Positions 27,690 to 37,254 of a DNA stretch of 64,000 nt are shown here, in pieces. How positions within the stretch are numbered: the first letter of the stretch is position 1; every line of letters starts with the position of its first letter. The notes beneath the pieces were generated by a model, which was not told where the DNA came from, searched no databases, and was given only the letters and a program-made list of their open reading frames with translations. The position numbers and the translations under genes are program-made. The DNA lies in assembly GCA_016176285.1 (NCBI GenBank), contig JACOXM010000002.1, forward strand, positions 10,917 through 74,916, read 5' to 3'. Source of the DNA: Candidatus Giovannonibacteria bacterium (lineage in GTDB: Bacteria > Patescibacteriota > Minisyncoccia > JACPKW01 > UBA11713).

Positions 27690-28661
27690 CTATTTCTCCC
27701 GCAAATAACGCCTCGTCGCAATTAAGCTCGAAATAACTCCGAGAACTATTCCAACCGCGAGCAGCATCAATGTTATCCAAATAATATTAGACAGGAAATA
27801 TACAAATAAATCCGGACCGCCAAAAAATTGCGAGGTACTCACGCCTGAAACGTTGAAAACCGGGGAAAGCGGAACAAAGAGAAATAAAAGCTGCTCGTGC
27901 CCCAGCCACAATAAAACCCAAAAAATCGCCATGGCGGCAGCTGTTGCCAAAATACCGTGTATAACGCCTTCAACTATAAAAGGTCCGCGAATGTAATTAT
28001 TAGTAGCCCCCACAAGGCGCATAACGGAAATCTCATCCCGGGAAGTATAAATAGCAAGCCGTATAGTATTAAATGCGACAAGAGTCGCTATTATAGCGAG
28101 GACTATCGTGGAAGTAAGCCCCGACGCCCTCGAAGATTGTATCATGGAATTAATCCCGTCAATTACAACCTGATTTTTTTTGTAATTTATTTCGTCAACT
28201 ATACTTTGATTATTTTGGGATTCTAAAAATTTTGAAATTGACTCGTATTGGCTTGGGTCTTTCGCCGTAATATTTATACTCGCCCCCAAAGGATTCGACC
28301 CAAGTTCTTCTAGCGATTGGGTTATTAATGCGTTTTCCTTATGCCTTTCTTTGAAATTTTCGAGCGCCTGATCCCTCGTAACATAGTTTACGCTTTTCAC
28401 TTCTGAAAGTTTTTCAACGGAAGATTTCATCGCTAAAATTTCTTCTTCGGGGGCAGTGGATTTGAAATAAACGCTAATGTCGACCTTGTCCCCCAGATTT
28501 TTAAGCGCGGAGGTCAAAAGAACATTTGAAAAGAAAAGCGACCCGAAAACAAAAAGAGTTAAAACCATAACCAGAACCGTAGCCAGAGAGACCCAGCCAT
28601 TTCTCCAGAAATTAATAAACCCCTGTTTTATATTTCTCTTAAACTGTACAACAATTGCCAT
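27690..28661 (-). CDS. ftsX: Cell division permease FtsX
   Basis: FtsX topology (N-terminal TM, periplasmic domain, C-terminal three TMs) and position downstream of ftsE. Confidence 0.8.
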   Translation of the reverse strand: MAIVVQFKRNIKQGFINFWRNGWVSLATVLVMVLTLFVFGSLFFSNVLLTSALKNLGDKVDISVYFKSTAPEEEILAMKSSVEKLSEVKSVNYVTRDQALENFKERHKENALITQSLEELGSNPLGASINITAKDPSQYESISKFLESQNNQSIVDEINYKKNQVVIDGINSMIQSSRASGLTSTIVLAIIATLVAFNTIRLAIYTSRDEISVMRLVGATNNYIRGPFIVEGVIHGILATAAAMAIFWVLLWLGHEQLLFLFVPLSPVFNVSGVSTSQFFGGPDLFVYFLSNIIWITLMLLAVGIVLGVISSLIATRRYLREK

Positions 28662-28677
28662 AATTCAATAATATAAT

Positions 28678-29358
28678 TTATAAAACGTAGCGCCCGCGCT
28701 TTTCATCCCGAACCATTCGCCCATTTTCGAGGGTTATTACGCGACGCTTCAAAGAGTTAATAACGTCTTTGTCGTGCGTAGCGAGGATTACGGTAGTCCC
28801 AAGTTCGTTAATTTTTTCAAGAAGATTAATAATTTCCCAAGTGTTTATCGGGTCCAAGTTTCCCGTAGGCTCGTCCGCGATAATTACGTCCGGACGGTTT
28901 ACAATTGCCCTAGCAATTGCGACCCTCTGTAACTCCCCCCCAGAAAGTTCCGAAGGAAAATGCCAGGCCTTATCCATCAAGCCCACTAACTCCAAAACCT
29001 GCGGAACATCCTGCTGTATCTCCTCTTCGATCTTTCCCGCAGCTTCCATCGCAAAAGCGATATTTTCATAAGCTGTTTTTGTGGGCAGAAGTTTGTAATC
29101 CTGGAAGATAACGCCCATACGCCTCCGGACTTTCGGCAAATCGCTGTTTCTCACTCTATGCATGTCCAAAGATTCAAAAAAAACTTTTCCAGACGAGGGC
29201 TTTTCCTCTGCGAGCAGAAGTTTCAATAAGGTGGATTTGCCCGCCCCTGATTGTCCGACAATGGAAAGAAATTCCTGCGGCTCGATAGAAAAAGAAACTT
29301 CTTCCAGGGCGACGGAAGTCGGAGAATATATTTTTGAAACGCGGTCAAAATAAATCAT
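28678..29358 (-). CDS. ftsE: Cell division ABC ATPase FtsE
   Basis: Walker A GQSGAGKST, ABC signature LSGGELQRVAIARA, Walker B IIADEPT. Confidence 0.85.
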   Translation of the reverse strand: MIYFDRVSKIYSPTSVALEEVSFSIEPQEFLSIVGQSGAGKSTLLKLLLAEEKPSSGKVFFESLDMHRVRNSDLPKVRRRMGVIFQDYKLLPTKTAYENIAFAMEAAGKIEEEIQQDVPQVLELVGLMDKAWHFPSELSGGELQRVAIARAIVNRPDVIIADEPTGNLDPINTWEIINLLEKINELGTTVILATHDKDVINSLKRRVITLENGRMVRDEKRGRYVL

Positions 29359-29390
29359 CGTATTAACATATAATGCCTAAATTTTTGTCT

Positions 29391-30474
29391 CTAATCAATG
29401 CCTAGTTCAGCTTCAACAAACATATCAAGCTTTCCGTCAAATATTCCTTCTATATCCGATGCTTCCGCGCCAGTTCGCGTATCTTTCACTAATTTATAAG
29501 GATGCAAGACGTATGACCTTATCTGGTGTCCCCATTCAATTTCCAGAGATTTCGATGTTCTTAAAAAATCCTTTTCCTCTTTTTGGCTCTTGGCGCGGAG
29601 TTTATAAAGGTGTCCCCTCAAAAGTTCGAGAGCCTTTTTTCTGTTTTGGTCCTGCGAGCGCTCGGTTGAAATATGAACTTGTATGCCTGTGGGCTTGTGA
29701 ACCACGCGCACCGCAGTCTCTCTTTTATTCACATTTTGCCCGCCTGCGCCGCCGGAACGCGCAAAACTAAACTCGATGTCTTCATCTTTTATCTCCACTT
29801 CTCCGGGATCCACAAATTTAGGCATAACTTCGACGAGCGCAAAAGAAGTATGCCTGCGCTTATTGGAGTCAAAGGGTGAAATCCTGACCAAGCGATGCAC
29901 GCCGGATTCGTTTTTTAAATACCCGTATGCAAATTTTCCTTCTATTTCGGTTGAAGCATTTTTAATTCCGTTCATGTCGTTAAAGTGCTGGTGAATTATT
30001 TTCACTTGCCACCGTTGCCGCGCCGCATATTTTTGATACATTTCTAAAAGAATCCTCGCCCAATCTTCCGCATCATCCCCTCCGGCGCCCGCCACGATTG
30101 TTATGACTGCGTCCCCCTTGTCATATTTTCCGGAAAGAAATGCTTCCTTTTTAGATCTCTCAAATTTCAGATTCAGTTCATTTATCCTCTGCTCTATTTC
30201 TTTTTCATCCTCTTCACTTTTAGAAATCGAAGCTAGTTCCGACAAAGAAAAAATATCGGAAGATAAATTTTCCCAAAAAGAAACGAATTCTTTCAGTTCG
30301 GAAATTTTTTGAGTTATTTCGCCCGCGCGCTTGGGATTATCCCAAAAATTGGGGTGAATTGTTTCAGATTCAAGTTTTATTAATTCCTCTTTTTTTCTAG
30401 CTAAGTCAAAGGCGGTCCGTTAAGCGACGGACTTCGCCCTCCAACTTTTCAATTTTTTCTTTCGGTATTTCCAT
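29391..30474 (-). CDS. prfB: Peptide chain release factor 2 with +1 programmed ribosomal frameshift
   Basis: ORF1 (30474-30406) encodes [22 protein letters not shown] and ends at the canonical CTT TGA C shifty site (30411-30405, minus strand). The +1 frame continues [31 protein letters not shown]..., joining the 284-aa ORF that carries the GGQ motif ([17 protein letters not shown]) and SPF. Confidence 0.85.
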
Positions 30475-30507
30475 AAATTCATTATAACACGGCTTGGAGT
30501 ATTTATA

Positions 30508-30551
30508 TGACTGCGCTCGCAGTTGACACAGAATGTAGTTGGGAGTAAGAT
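30508..30551 (+). promoter_or_regulatory. Putative sigma70-type promoter with overlapping inverted-repeat operator upstream of the ArsR gene
   Basis: Inverted repeat ACTGCG-CT-CGCAGT at 30510-30523. Perfect -35 TTGACA at 30523-30528. A 17-nt spacer, then TAAGAT at 30546-30551. The ArsR ATG is at 30581. Confidence 0.4.
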
Positions 30552-30580
30552 TTAAGTAATTACGCAAGTGCTTAACTGAT

Positions 30581-30910
30581 ATGCTAACAAAAGAACAAAT
30601 AAATAAAATAAAGAAAGAGTTGCCGGATGAAAAAGATCGAATGCCTATCATTCTTGGCGCATTGGGCGACCCTGGCAGGTTTCGGATTTTCAAACTGCTC
30701 TCGGAACACCATGATATTTGCGTGACGGATGTCTCAAATATCTTTGATATTACGGTATCGGCGGCGTCCCAACAATTACGGGTTCTGGAAATGCTGGAAC
30801 TGGTAGAAAAAATGAGAATGGGACAAATGGTCTGCTATGAATTAAAGAAAGACAATCCCACCGTTAAACAACTGATACAATTTATAAAGGTCGGGCGAAT
30901 AAATAATTAA
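30581..30910 (+). CDS. ArsR/SmtB-family metalloregulatory transcriptional repressor
   Basis: wHTH segment CVTDVSNIFDITVSAASQQLRVLEMLELV, ~109 aa. Confidence 0.7.
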   Translation: MLTKEQINKIKKELPDEKDRMPIILGALGDPGRFRIFKLLSEHHDICVTDVSNIFDITVSAASQQLRVLEMLELVEKMRMGQMVCYELKKDNPTVKQLIQFIKVGRINN

Positions 30911-30919
30911 AATAAAAAT

Positions 30920-31156
30920 ATGCAAAAAGTAACTATCTATACAACCCCGACATGCGTGTACTGCAAAATGACCAAAGCGTTCTTCAAAGAGAATAATGTT
31001 CAGTACGAGGAAAAAGACGTGTCGACTGACCGCACCGCGGCGGATGAAATGATCAAAAAATCTAACCAGATGGGTGTGCCTGTCGTTGATATTGACGGGC
31101 AGATTCTTGTCGGTTTCGATAAGGAAGGCTTATCTCGTCTGCTCAATATTAAGTAA
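30920..31156 (+). CDS. Glutaredoxin-like protein (NrdH/Grx fold)
   Basis: CVYC active site in a ~78-aa thioredoxin-fold protein (TIYTTPTCVYCKMTKAFF). Confidence 0.7.
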   Translation: MQKVTIYTTPTCVYCKMTKAFFKENNVQYEEKDVSTDRTAADEMIKKSNQMGVPVVDIDGQILVGFDKEGLSRLLNIK

Positions 31157-31202
31157 CACAATATCGTTAAAAAACAACGTGAATGAAATAAAAAATACTC
31201 AT

Positions 31203-31560
31203 ATGACGGTGTCGGCCGCGATTATTGTCGATGTGGATATAAAGAACGAACCCTTTATCGGCGATCCGAATGCCCCTGTGACGATTGCCTACTGGTCTGA
31301 TTTTCAGTGTCCGTTCTGCCAACGCTTTGAACAAAACACACTGCCGACTCTTGTCGATCAATATGTAAAAACAGGCAAGGTCAAGATCGTGTTTAAGGAT
31401 TTTCAATTCCTCGGACCCGATTCACAGGACGCCTTCTATAGACGCGGATAAGATCGCAAGGCAGGTGGACGAGCAACGTGCCGCCTATCAGCAAAGCTGG
31501 ATGCCGATAAAGCCGAGGGCGCAAAATTTGGCATATTGAGTGTTATTATTTTGAGCGCAT
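31203..31560 (+). pseudogene. DsbA-family thiol:disulfide oxidoreductase remnant (truncated/frameshifted)
   Basis: The N-terminal part with its CPFC active site is intact (PVTIAYWSDFQCPFCQRFEQNTLPTL...KIVFKDFQFLGPDS), but it stops after ~85 aa. The downstream sequence in another frame still reads like a DsbA C-terminus (LDADKAEGAKFGI). Confidence 0.5.
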
Positions 31561-31621
31561 CCATCTATTTGGTTTACCGGAAGATAAATGATCCTCTTAT
31601 CTGTAAACCATCACAAAGAAT

Positions 31622-32239
31622 ATGAATGAACAAATAATGAAACAAGAAAAGCGAGAAATTCGCAGACAAGAAAAAGAAACGGGACAGCACGCGCGGCGGC
31701 GCAATCTTTTTGTGCGCAAAATCAGAAACTACGCAATCATTTTTGGAGTCATTGCTTTTGCGGGTTACGGCCTGTATTTATTGTCACAAAGCAGTGCGAC
31801 GAAGGGAGAAGATTCGAGCCGCGTGATTCCTTTAATGGAAGCAACTCATGTCACTGTGGGTAGTCAACTGCCCGAATATACCTCCAATCCGCCGACGTCG
31901 GGACCGCATTACGGCCAAACTGCTCATTCCGGGTTCCGTGAAGAAACAATTCCTGACCAGCATATTATTCACAATCTTGAACATGGCGATATTTGGATTG
32001 CGTATCATCCGCGTGTCGCAGACGAGATAAAAGAAGAGTTGAAACAATTCGGAGCGGCAAAAGTCATCATCACGCCGCGCGAAGCAAATGAAACCGATAT
32101 CGCGCTTGCCGCGTGGGGACGACTTGATGTGTTTAATATAGAAAATAATACCTTGCCGGTTGAAAGAATAAAAGATTTTATTAAGCGATACACCAATAAA
32201 GGCCCCGAGAAAGTGCCTGGGGCAAGCGGAGGAATATAA
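31622..32239 (+). CDS. Membrane-anchored protein, DUF3105-like (recalled family; unverified)
   Basis: N-terminal TM, then TSGPHY and HNLEHGDIWIAYHP His-rich motifs. Confidence 0.4.
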   Translation: MNEQIMKQEKREIRRQEKETGQHARRRNLFVRKIRNYAIIFGVIAFAGYGLYLLSQSSATKGEDSSRVIPLMEATHVTVGSQLPEYTSNPPTSGPHYGQTAHSGFREETIPDQHIIHNLEHGDIWIAYHPRVADEIKEELKQFGAAKVIITPREANETDIALAAWGRLDVFNIENNTLPVERIKDFIKRYTNKGPEKVPGASGGI

Positions 32240-32305
32240 TTAGTAATCTAAAAGATAGATGGATAATTAGTGGGAAATGTAATCGCGAAGAGTTAAAAAT
32301 AAAAT

Positions 32306-33304
32306 ATGATTTCTCAACAAAAGACGGTCATTATTATAGCGACAATTATAGGAATTTCAGCGATTTTTATTTTATCGCGCGCGGTTTTTAGAAATGATTT
32401 TAAGGATAATGGCAATCAATCTTTTTCAACAAAAGAAATCATGATAACCGATGGCGTAAAACACAGTGTTCCGCTTGATGAGATTCTGGGCGGCGGACCG
32501 CCAAAGGACGGTATTCCATCCATAGATAATCCCAAATTTGTTTCTATTGCTGACGCAGGAAACTTTTTAAGTGATAGTGAGCCGGGTATTGCTCTCGATA
32601 TCAATGGCACCGCACGATTCTATTCATTCCAAATTTTGGTCTGGCATGAAATCGTCAACGACACGATAAATGGCGAGCGCGTGCTCGTAACCTACTGTCC
32701 GCTGTGCCTTTCAGGTATTGTGTTTGATCCTGCGGTGCAAGGCGAGCGCGTCGAATTCGGTACGTCCGGAAAATTGTGGAATTCTAATTTGGTAATGTAC
32801 GACCGCAAAACCGATTCGCTCTGGTCGCAGATTTTAGGCGAGGCGATTGTCGGAGAGATGACCGGTATAGAGCTCAAAGTCCTTCCCTCGGACATGATCA
32901 GATTCGGCGAGTTTAAAAAACAGCATCCGAAGGGCTTCGTGCTTTCGCGCGACACGGGAGCAACGAGATTTTACGGCCAGGATCCTTATGGGAATTACTA
33001 TACTACCCCGGGTACTTTTTTTCCGGTTGACAATAAAGATAACAGGCTTCCAGAGAAGGATTTTATCTTGGGTATCGTGGTAAATGGAAAAGCAAAAGCA
33101 TACTGGCCGGAAGCGATCAAAAAAGTCGGCGAAGTTATAGACCAGTTTGAAGGAAAAACCATTATCGCCAGATATGAAAAAGATATCGACGCAGTCAGGC
33201 TTTTTGAGAAAAAAACCGATGGCACGCTCGAGCGCTTAAATCCATTCGGCGCATTCTGGTTTTCGTGGGCGGCCGCGCATCCTGAAACGGAATTGTATAA
33301 ATAA
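32306..33304 (+). CDS. DUF3179-like secreted protein (recalled family; unverified)
   Basis: N-terminal TM, then the PKDGIPSIDNPKF motif that I associate with DUF3179. Confidence 0.45.
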   Translation: MISQQKTVIIIATIIGISAIFILSRAVFRNDFKDNGNQSFSTKEIMITDGVKHSVPLDEILGGGPPKDGIPSIDNPKFVSIADAGNFLSDSEPGIALDINGTARFYSFQILVWHEIVNDTINGERVLVTYCPLCLSGIVFDPAVQGERVEFGTSGKLWNSNLVMYDRKTDSLWSQILGEAIVGEMTGIELKVLPSDMIRFGEFKKQHPKGFVLSRDTGATRFYGQDPYGNYYTTPGTFFPVDNKDNRLPEKDFILGIVVNGKAKAYWPEAIKKVGEVIDQFEGKTIIARYEKDIDAVRLFEKKTDGTLERLNPFGAFWFSWAAAHPETELYK

Positions 33305-33390
33305 TTTAACGTCACTTATATATATTGCGCCTTCTTTACAAGACTGAGACTTTAAAAAGGTCGATAAAATTAATAAAAAAACAAAAAAAT

Positions 33391-33828
33391 ATGTCAATAA
33401 TAAAAATTGAATCAGAGCATATAAATGCAGGCGTGATTTCGGGACTTATTGCCGGAGTTGTTTTCGGGGCCATGATGGCCATGATGGGGATGCTGCCTAT
33501 GATTGCAAAACTTCTCGGGGGCAGTTCGGCGCTGTTCGGATTTGTTTTGCATCTTATCTTCAGCATGGTCATTGGAGCTATCTTTGCAATTTTTCTTGGA
33601 CACGCCGCAGCGGATAGAATGAAAGGAATAACGCTGGGAATTATATACGGAGTAATATGGTGGTTTTTGGGGCCTCTTACCCTCATGCCTTTATGGCTTG
33701 GAATGGGAATACAACTGTCGCCGGAAGGAATGCAAGCGGCTTTGCCAAGTTTGTGGGGACACTTGGTTTATGGTTTTATCTTGGGCCTCATCTATCCAAT
33801 GATAGTGGGATTAAAACCAAAAAATTAA
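33391..33828 (+). CDS. Small glycine-rich four-TM membrane protein
   Basis: Start corrected to the internal Met (MSIIKIESEH). Four hydrophobic helices. No motif recognised. Confidence 0.4.
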   Translation: MSIIKIESEHINAGVISGLIAGVVFGAMMAMMGMLPMIAKLLGGSSALFGFVLHLIFSMVIGAIFAIFLGHAAADRMKGITLGIIYGVIWWFLGPLTLMPLWLGMGIQLSPEGMQAALPSLWGHLVYGFILGLIYPMIVGLKPKN

Positions 33829-33839
33829 TCGAGAGATAA

Positions 33840-35093
33840 ATGGTAAACGGAAAAAAACCTGTAAGAATTGTGATTCTGGGCGCGGGATTCGGGGGATCTT
33901 ATGCGTTTAAACGCCTGCATAAATTCTTCCATAAAGACCAAAGCGTCGAACTTATTCTCGTGGATGCCAGAAATTACTTTCTCTTCACGCCCTTACTTCA
34001 TGAAGTCGCGACAGGCAGCGTAGCGAGGGAAAACATCGTCGAGCCTCTTAGAAAAGTGCTGGGGTGCTGCCTGGCGGAGTTTTGCTTGGCTGATGTTAAA
34101 AGAGTTGAATTACAGAGCCGCCGTGTCATTACAACAAATGGATCCATTTCTTATGATTATTTGATTATGGCTTTAGGAGCTGAGACAAATTTCTATAATA
34201 TTCCCGGAGCACGGGAACACTCTTTCACTTTGAAATCACTCGAAAATGCGGTCCGCCTGAAAAATCACTTTATTAAAAAATTCGAAGAAGCGGCTGCAAC
34301 CGACGACGAAAATCTTCTGAAAAATAAGCTTTGCTTTGTTGTCGTCGGAGGCGGGCCAACGGGCGTTGAATTAGCCGCAGAGATGTCCGAATTGTTTTAC
34401 CACACATTCAGCAAATATTACGGACGCCATTTCTTTTATCAAAAAGTAAAAATAGCCTTAGTGCAAAACAATAAAGAACTCCTGCCTCGATTCTCCAAAA
34501 AACTTAGAGACAAAAGCCTTTCTGTTTTGCAAAGCAAAAAAATCGACGTCAAGCTCGGTGTAAATGTAAAAAGAGTTGTAAAAACTTTTATTGAGCTAAG
34601 CACCGGAGAAATACTCCCGACAGAAACCGTAATCTGGGTTGCGGGAGTAAAACCGCGGGATGTGCTTTTTGACCGAAAAATTGAACGCGATTCTAAGGGA
34701 AGAATACGCGTAAACGAATACTTGCAAATGTATGAGTCGCCCGAAGTGTTCGCATTAGGGGATATAGCGGCGTTCGCTCAAAATAAAAAAGAACTGCCGG
34801 AATTTGCTCAAGTCGCAACCAAGCAGGCTCGAGGCGTGGCGGAAAATATTAAAAATTTAATTGACGGAAAACCAGCCAGACCTTTTCATTACAGACATAC
34901 CGGAGATTTAATTTCTTTGGGACAGTGGATGGCAATCGGAGAGATTGGAGGTTTTCCATTCTGGGGCCGCTTTACCTGGTGGCTATGGAGAACAGTGTAT
35001 CTTTCAAAACTCATATCGTTCCCAAAAAAAGTTAAAGTGGCGGTCGACTGGACGTTTAATCTATTCATGCCTCGGGATATATCGCAATTATAA
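33840..35093 (+). CDS. ndh: Type II NADH:quinone oxidoreductase (NDH-2) / FAD-dependent pyridine nucleotide-disulfide oxidoreductase
   Basis: Two Rossmann motifs (RIVILGAGFGGSY and FVVVGGGPTGVELAAE), ~417 aa. Confidence 0.75.
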   Translation: MVNGKKPVRIVILGAGFGGSYAFKRLHKFFHKDQSVELILVDARNYFLFTPLLHEVATGSVARENIVEPLRKVLGCCLAEFCLADVKRVELQSRRVITTNGSISYDYLIMALGAETNFYNIPGAREHSFTLKSLENAVRLKNHFIKKFEEAAATDDENLLKNKLCFVVVGGGPTGVELAAEMSELFYHTFSKYYGRHFFYQKVKIALVQNNKELLPRFSKKLRDKSLSVLQSKKIDVKLGVNVKRVVKTFIELSTGEILPTETVIWVAGVKPRDVLFDRKIERDSKGRIRVNEYLQMYESPEVFALGDIAAFAQNKKELPEFAQVATKQARGVAENIKNLIDGKPARPFHYRHTGDLISLGQWMAIGEIGGFPFWGRFTWWLWRTVYLSKLISFPKKVKVAVDWTFNLFMPRDISQL

Positions 35094-35164
35094 AAGATAT
35101 GAAGAATGATATTATTAATTTATAAGGTCAAAAGGCGAATTAAAAGCTAATTTTTATTAAGAAT

Positions 35165-35548
35165 ATGTTATTCGAACTAAATCAATACAGTGATATTGCG
35201 TTTCTAATCTTGCGCTTGGCAATAGCGGCAATTTTTATTTATCACGCACTGCCGAAACTAAAGGGCGCAAAAATAATGTCGCAGGAGATGGGCATGCCCG
35301 CCGGAATGATATTTATGCTTGGCGGAATAGAACTTCTGTCGTCCGCAGGATTGGCGCTCGGTGTCTATACGCAACTTGCCTCGGCACTCCTTGCTTTCGT
35401 GATGATTGGAGCCATTTACTTTAAAATGGTGAAATGGCACGTGCCGTTTGGGGCAATGGATAAAACCGGATGGGAGTTTGATCTTATTCTCTTGGCAGCC
35501 AGCATCTTCATCCTCGTGAACGGCGGAGGTGCGATAGGAATACAGTAA
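35165..35548 (+). CDS. DoxX-family membrane protein
   Basis: ~127 aa, four TMs, and the LRLAIAAIFIYHALPKL pattern typical of DoxX. Confidence 0.65.
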   Translation: MLFELNQYSDIAFLILRLAIAAIFIYHALPKLKGAKIMSQEMGMPAGMIFMLGGIELLSSAGLALGVYTQLASALLAFVMIGAIYFKMVKWHVPFGAMDKTGWEFDLILLAASIFILVNGGGAIGIQ

Positions 35549-35552
35549 TTTT

Positions 35553-36518
35553 ATGCAATACGATCTTATTATCATAGGCTCTGGCGCGGCCGGTCTGGGG
35601 GCCGCAATCTATAGCGGTCGCTACCGCATGAAAGTTCTTGTTGCGAGCAAAGAATTCGGCGGCGAGACTGCGAAAGCGGGCGTTATTGAAAATTATCCCG
35701 GCATCAAAGCCATCGATGGCTATGAGCTTATGGGGGCGATGTGGGAACAGACAAAAAGTCTCGCAGTTGAGATAATTGACGAGGAAGTTAAAGACGTTAA
35801 GCGGCAAGGACATTGTTTTGAAGTCTCGACAAAAAATGCGACGTATCAAACGCACGCAATTATTTTTGCTTTAGGTGCCGAACGCCGCCGGCTTGGTTTG
35901 CCTAACGAAAAAGAATTGACCGGCAAAGGCGTGCATTATTGTGTGACTTGCGACGGTCCAGTATACGGCGGAAAAACCATAGCCATGGCCGGCGGAGGTG
36001 ATGCTTCAGTAAAAGGCGCGATTCTTGCGGCCGAATATGTTAATAAGGTATTTCTGATCGTCCGCGGCAAAGAAGTTCAAGCAGAGCCGGTTAATCTGGA
36101 GCGAATGAAAAAACTCGGAGATAAAATTGAACTGCTCTTGGATACAGAAGTTAAAGAAATTGCAGGCGAAAAGAAACTTGAAAAGCTGATTCTTTCGCGC
36201 GAATTTAAAGGGTCATCCGAGCTGGTTGTTGACGGCTTGTTCGTAGAAATAGGCGCGGTACCTAATGTCGAACTTACAAAATCGATTGGCGTGGAACTTG
36301 ATGAACGCGGATACATTAAAACTGACGCCATGATGCAAACGAATATTGATGGAGTGTTTGCGGCCGGTGACGCGGTCAATCATTTCGGCTCTTTCAAGCA
36401 GTGTATTACTTCCGCGGCCATGGGAGCAGTCGCTGCTACCTCCGCTTACAACGACCGCAAAATTCACGGCGAAATTTGTCCGATACACGCCAAACCGCAA
36501 TTAACATTAAAAAAATAA
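35553..36518 (+). CDS. trxB: Thioredoxin-disulfide reductase
   Basis: FAD motif YDLIIIGSGAAGLGAAIY, redox-active CVTCDG (CxxC), and NADPH motif AMAGGGDAS. Confidence 0.85.
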   Translation: MQYDLIIIGSGAAGLGAAIYSGRYRMKVLVASKEFGGETAKAGVIENYPGIKAIDGYELMGAMWEQTKSLAVEIIDEEVKDVKRQGHCFEVSTKNATYQTHAIIFALGAERRRLGLPNEKELTGKGVHYCVTCDGPVYGGKTIAMAGGGDASVKGAILAAEYVNKVFLIVRGKEVQAEPVNLERMKKLGDKIELLLDTEVKEIAGEKKLEKLILSREFKGSSELVVDGLFVEIGAVPNVELTKSIGVELDERGYIKTDAMMQTNIDGVFAAGDAVNHFGSFKQCITSAAMGAVAATSAYNDRKIHGEICPIHAKPQLTLKK

Positions 36519-36553
36519 AGGCCGAAAATTAATAATTTAAAATTTAATTTATT

Positions 36554-36727
36554 ATGAACGAATCAGAAAAAAAATGCTCAACATGCGGCGGCAAAGCCGC
36601 GGGATACAAGTGCGATTCGTGCGGCGTTGAAGCCGCAGAGCACGACGAGAAGCATAGCTGCGGCGGGAATCATTGCGTAGCAAAATGTGCAAACTGCAAT
36701 CAAGCGGAAACTAAATGCGCTTGCTAA
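36554..36727 (+). CDS. Unannotated small cysteine-rich protein (57 aa, 10 Cys), possible metal-binding / metallothionein-like
   Basis: Not in the ORF track. Translation is MNESEKKCSTCGGKAAGYKCDSCGVEAAEHDEKHSCGGNHCVAKCANCNQAETKCAC. Its stop overlaps the next gene's start. Confidence 0.4.
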   Translation: MNESEKKCSTCGGKAAGYKCDSCGVEAAEHDEKHSCGGNHCVAKCANCNQAETKCAC

Positions 36728-37248
36728 ATGTGAAAAAATCTTTAGTAATCGCGAGTATTGTCACATTAAGCCTCGTAGGCATCGGCTTGTTAGTAATTTC
36801 TAACCGCAACGTCCCCGACCAGTCAGATCGCCAAACTCCCGAAAAAGCGCCTGACTTTAATTTGCAGAATTTTGAAGGCAAGATTGTGCGCCTTACGGAT
36901 TTTACAGGGAAGCCGCTTGTGATAAATTCGTGGGCCGCATGGTGTCCGTTCTGTCGCAAAGAACTGGTTGATTTTGCAGCGGCGCAAAAGGAATTTGGCG
37001 ACAAAGTAACAATTATAGCGATTGACCGATCGGAAGCGCTGAATGTGGCGAAAAAATATACAGACGAACTGGGAGTAACCAATGAGCTTATCCTTCTTCT
37101 TGATCCATCGGACAACTTTTATCAATCAATTGGAGGTTTTTCGATGCCGGAGACGATTTTTATAGATAAAAATGGGGAGATAATCGAACACAAGCGCGGA
37201 CCAATGGACGTAAATGAGATGCGCTTAAAAATAGAAAAGATCTTGTAA
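36715..37248 (+). CDS. TlpA/ResA-like periplasmic thiol-disulfide oxidoreductase (thioredoxin fold)
   Basis: Signal anchor, then WAAWCPFC (the WCxxC motif) in a redoxin-fold context. Confidence 0.75.
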   Translation: MRLLNVKKSLVIASIVTLSLVGIGLLVISNRNVPDQSDRQTPEKAPDFNLQNFEGKIVRLTDFTGKPLVINSWAAWCPFCRKELVDFAAAQKEFGDKVTIIAIDRSEALNVAKKYTDELGVTNELILLLDPSDNFYQSIGGFSMPETIFIDKNGEIIEHKRGPMDVNEMRLKIEKIL

Positions 37249-37254
37249 CAAAAT

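Noticed and set aside
29391-30693. Alternative genetic code (UGA reassigned), suspected from the CPR-like features and the prfB region being split into two ORFs.
   Set aside because: The split is the classical RF2 +1 frameshift site, which requires UGA to function as a stop. Full-length conserved proteins across the window are intact under the standard code.
30406-30693. 95-aa ORF as an independent gene upstream of prfB.
   Set aside because: Only its last 22 codons (from the internal Met at 30474) match the RF2 N-terminal leader. The upstream extension has no support and overlaps the ArsR promoter region.
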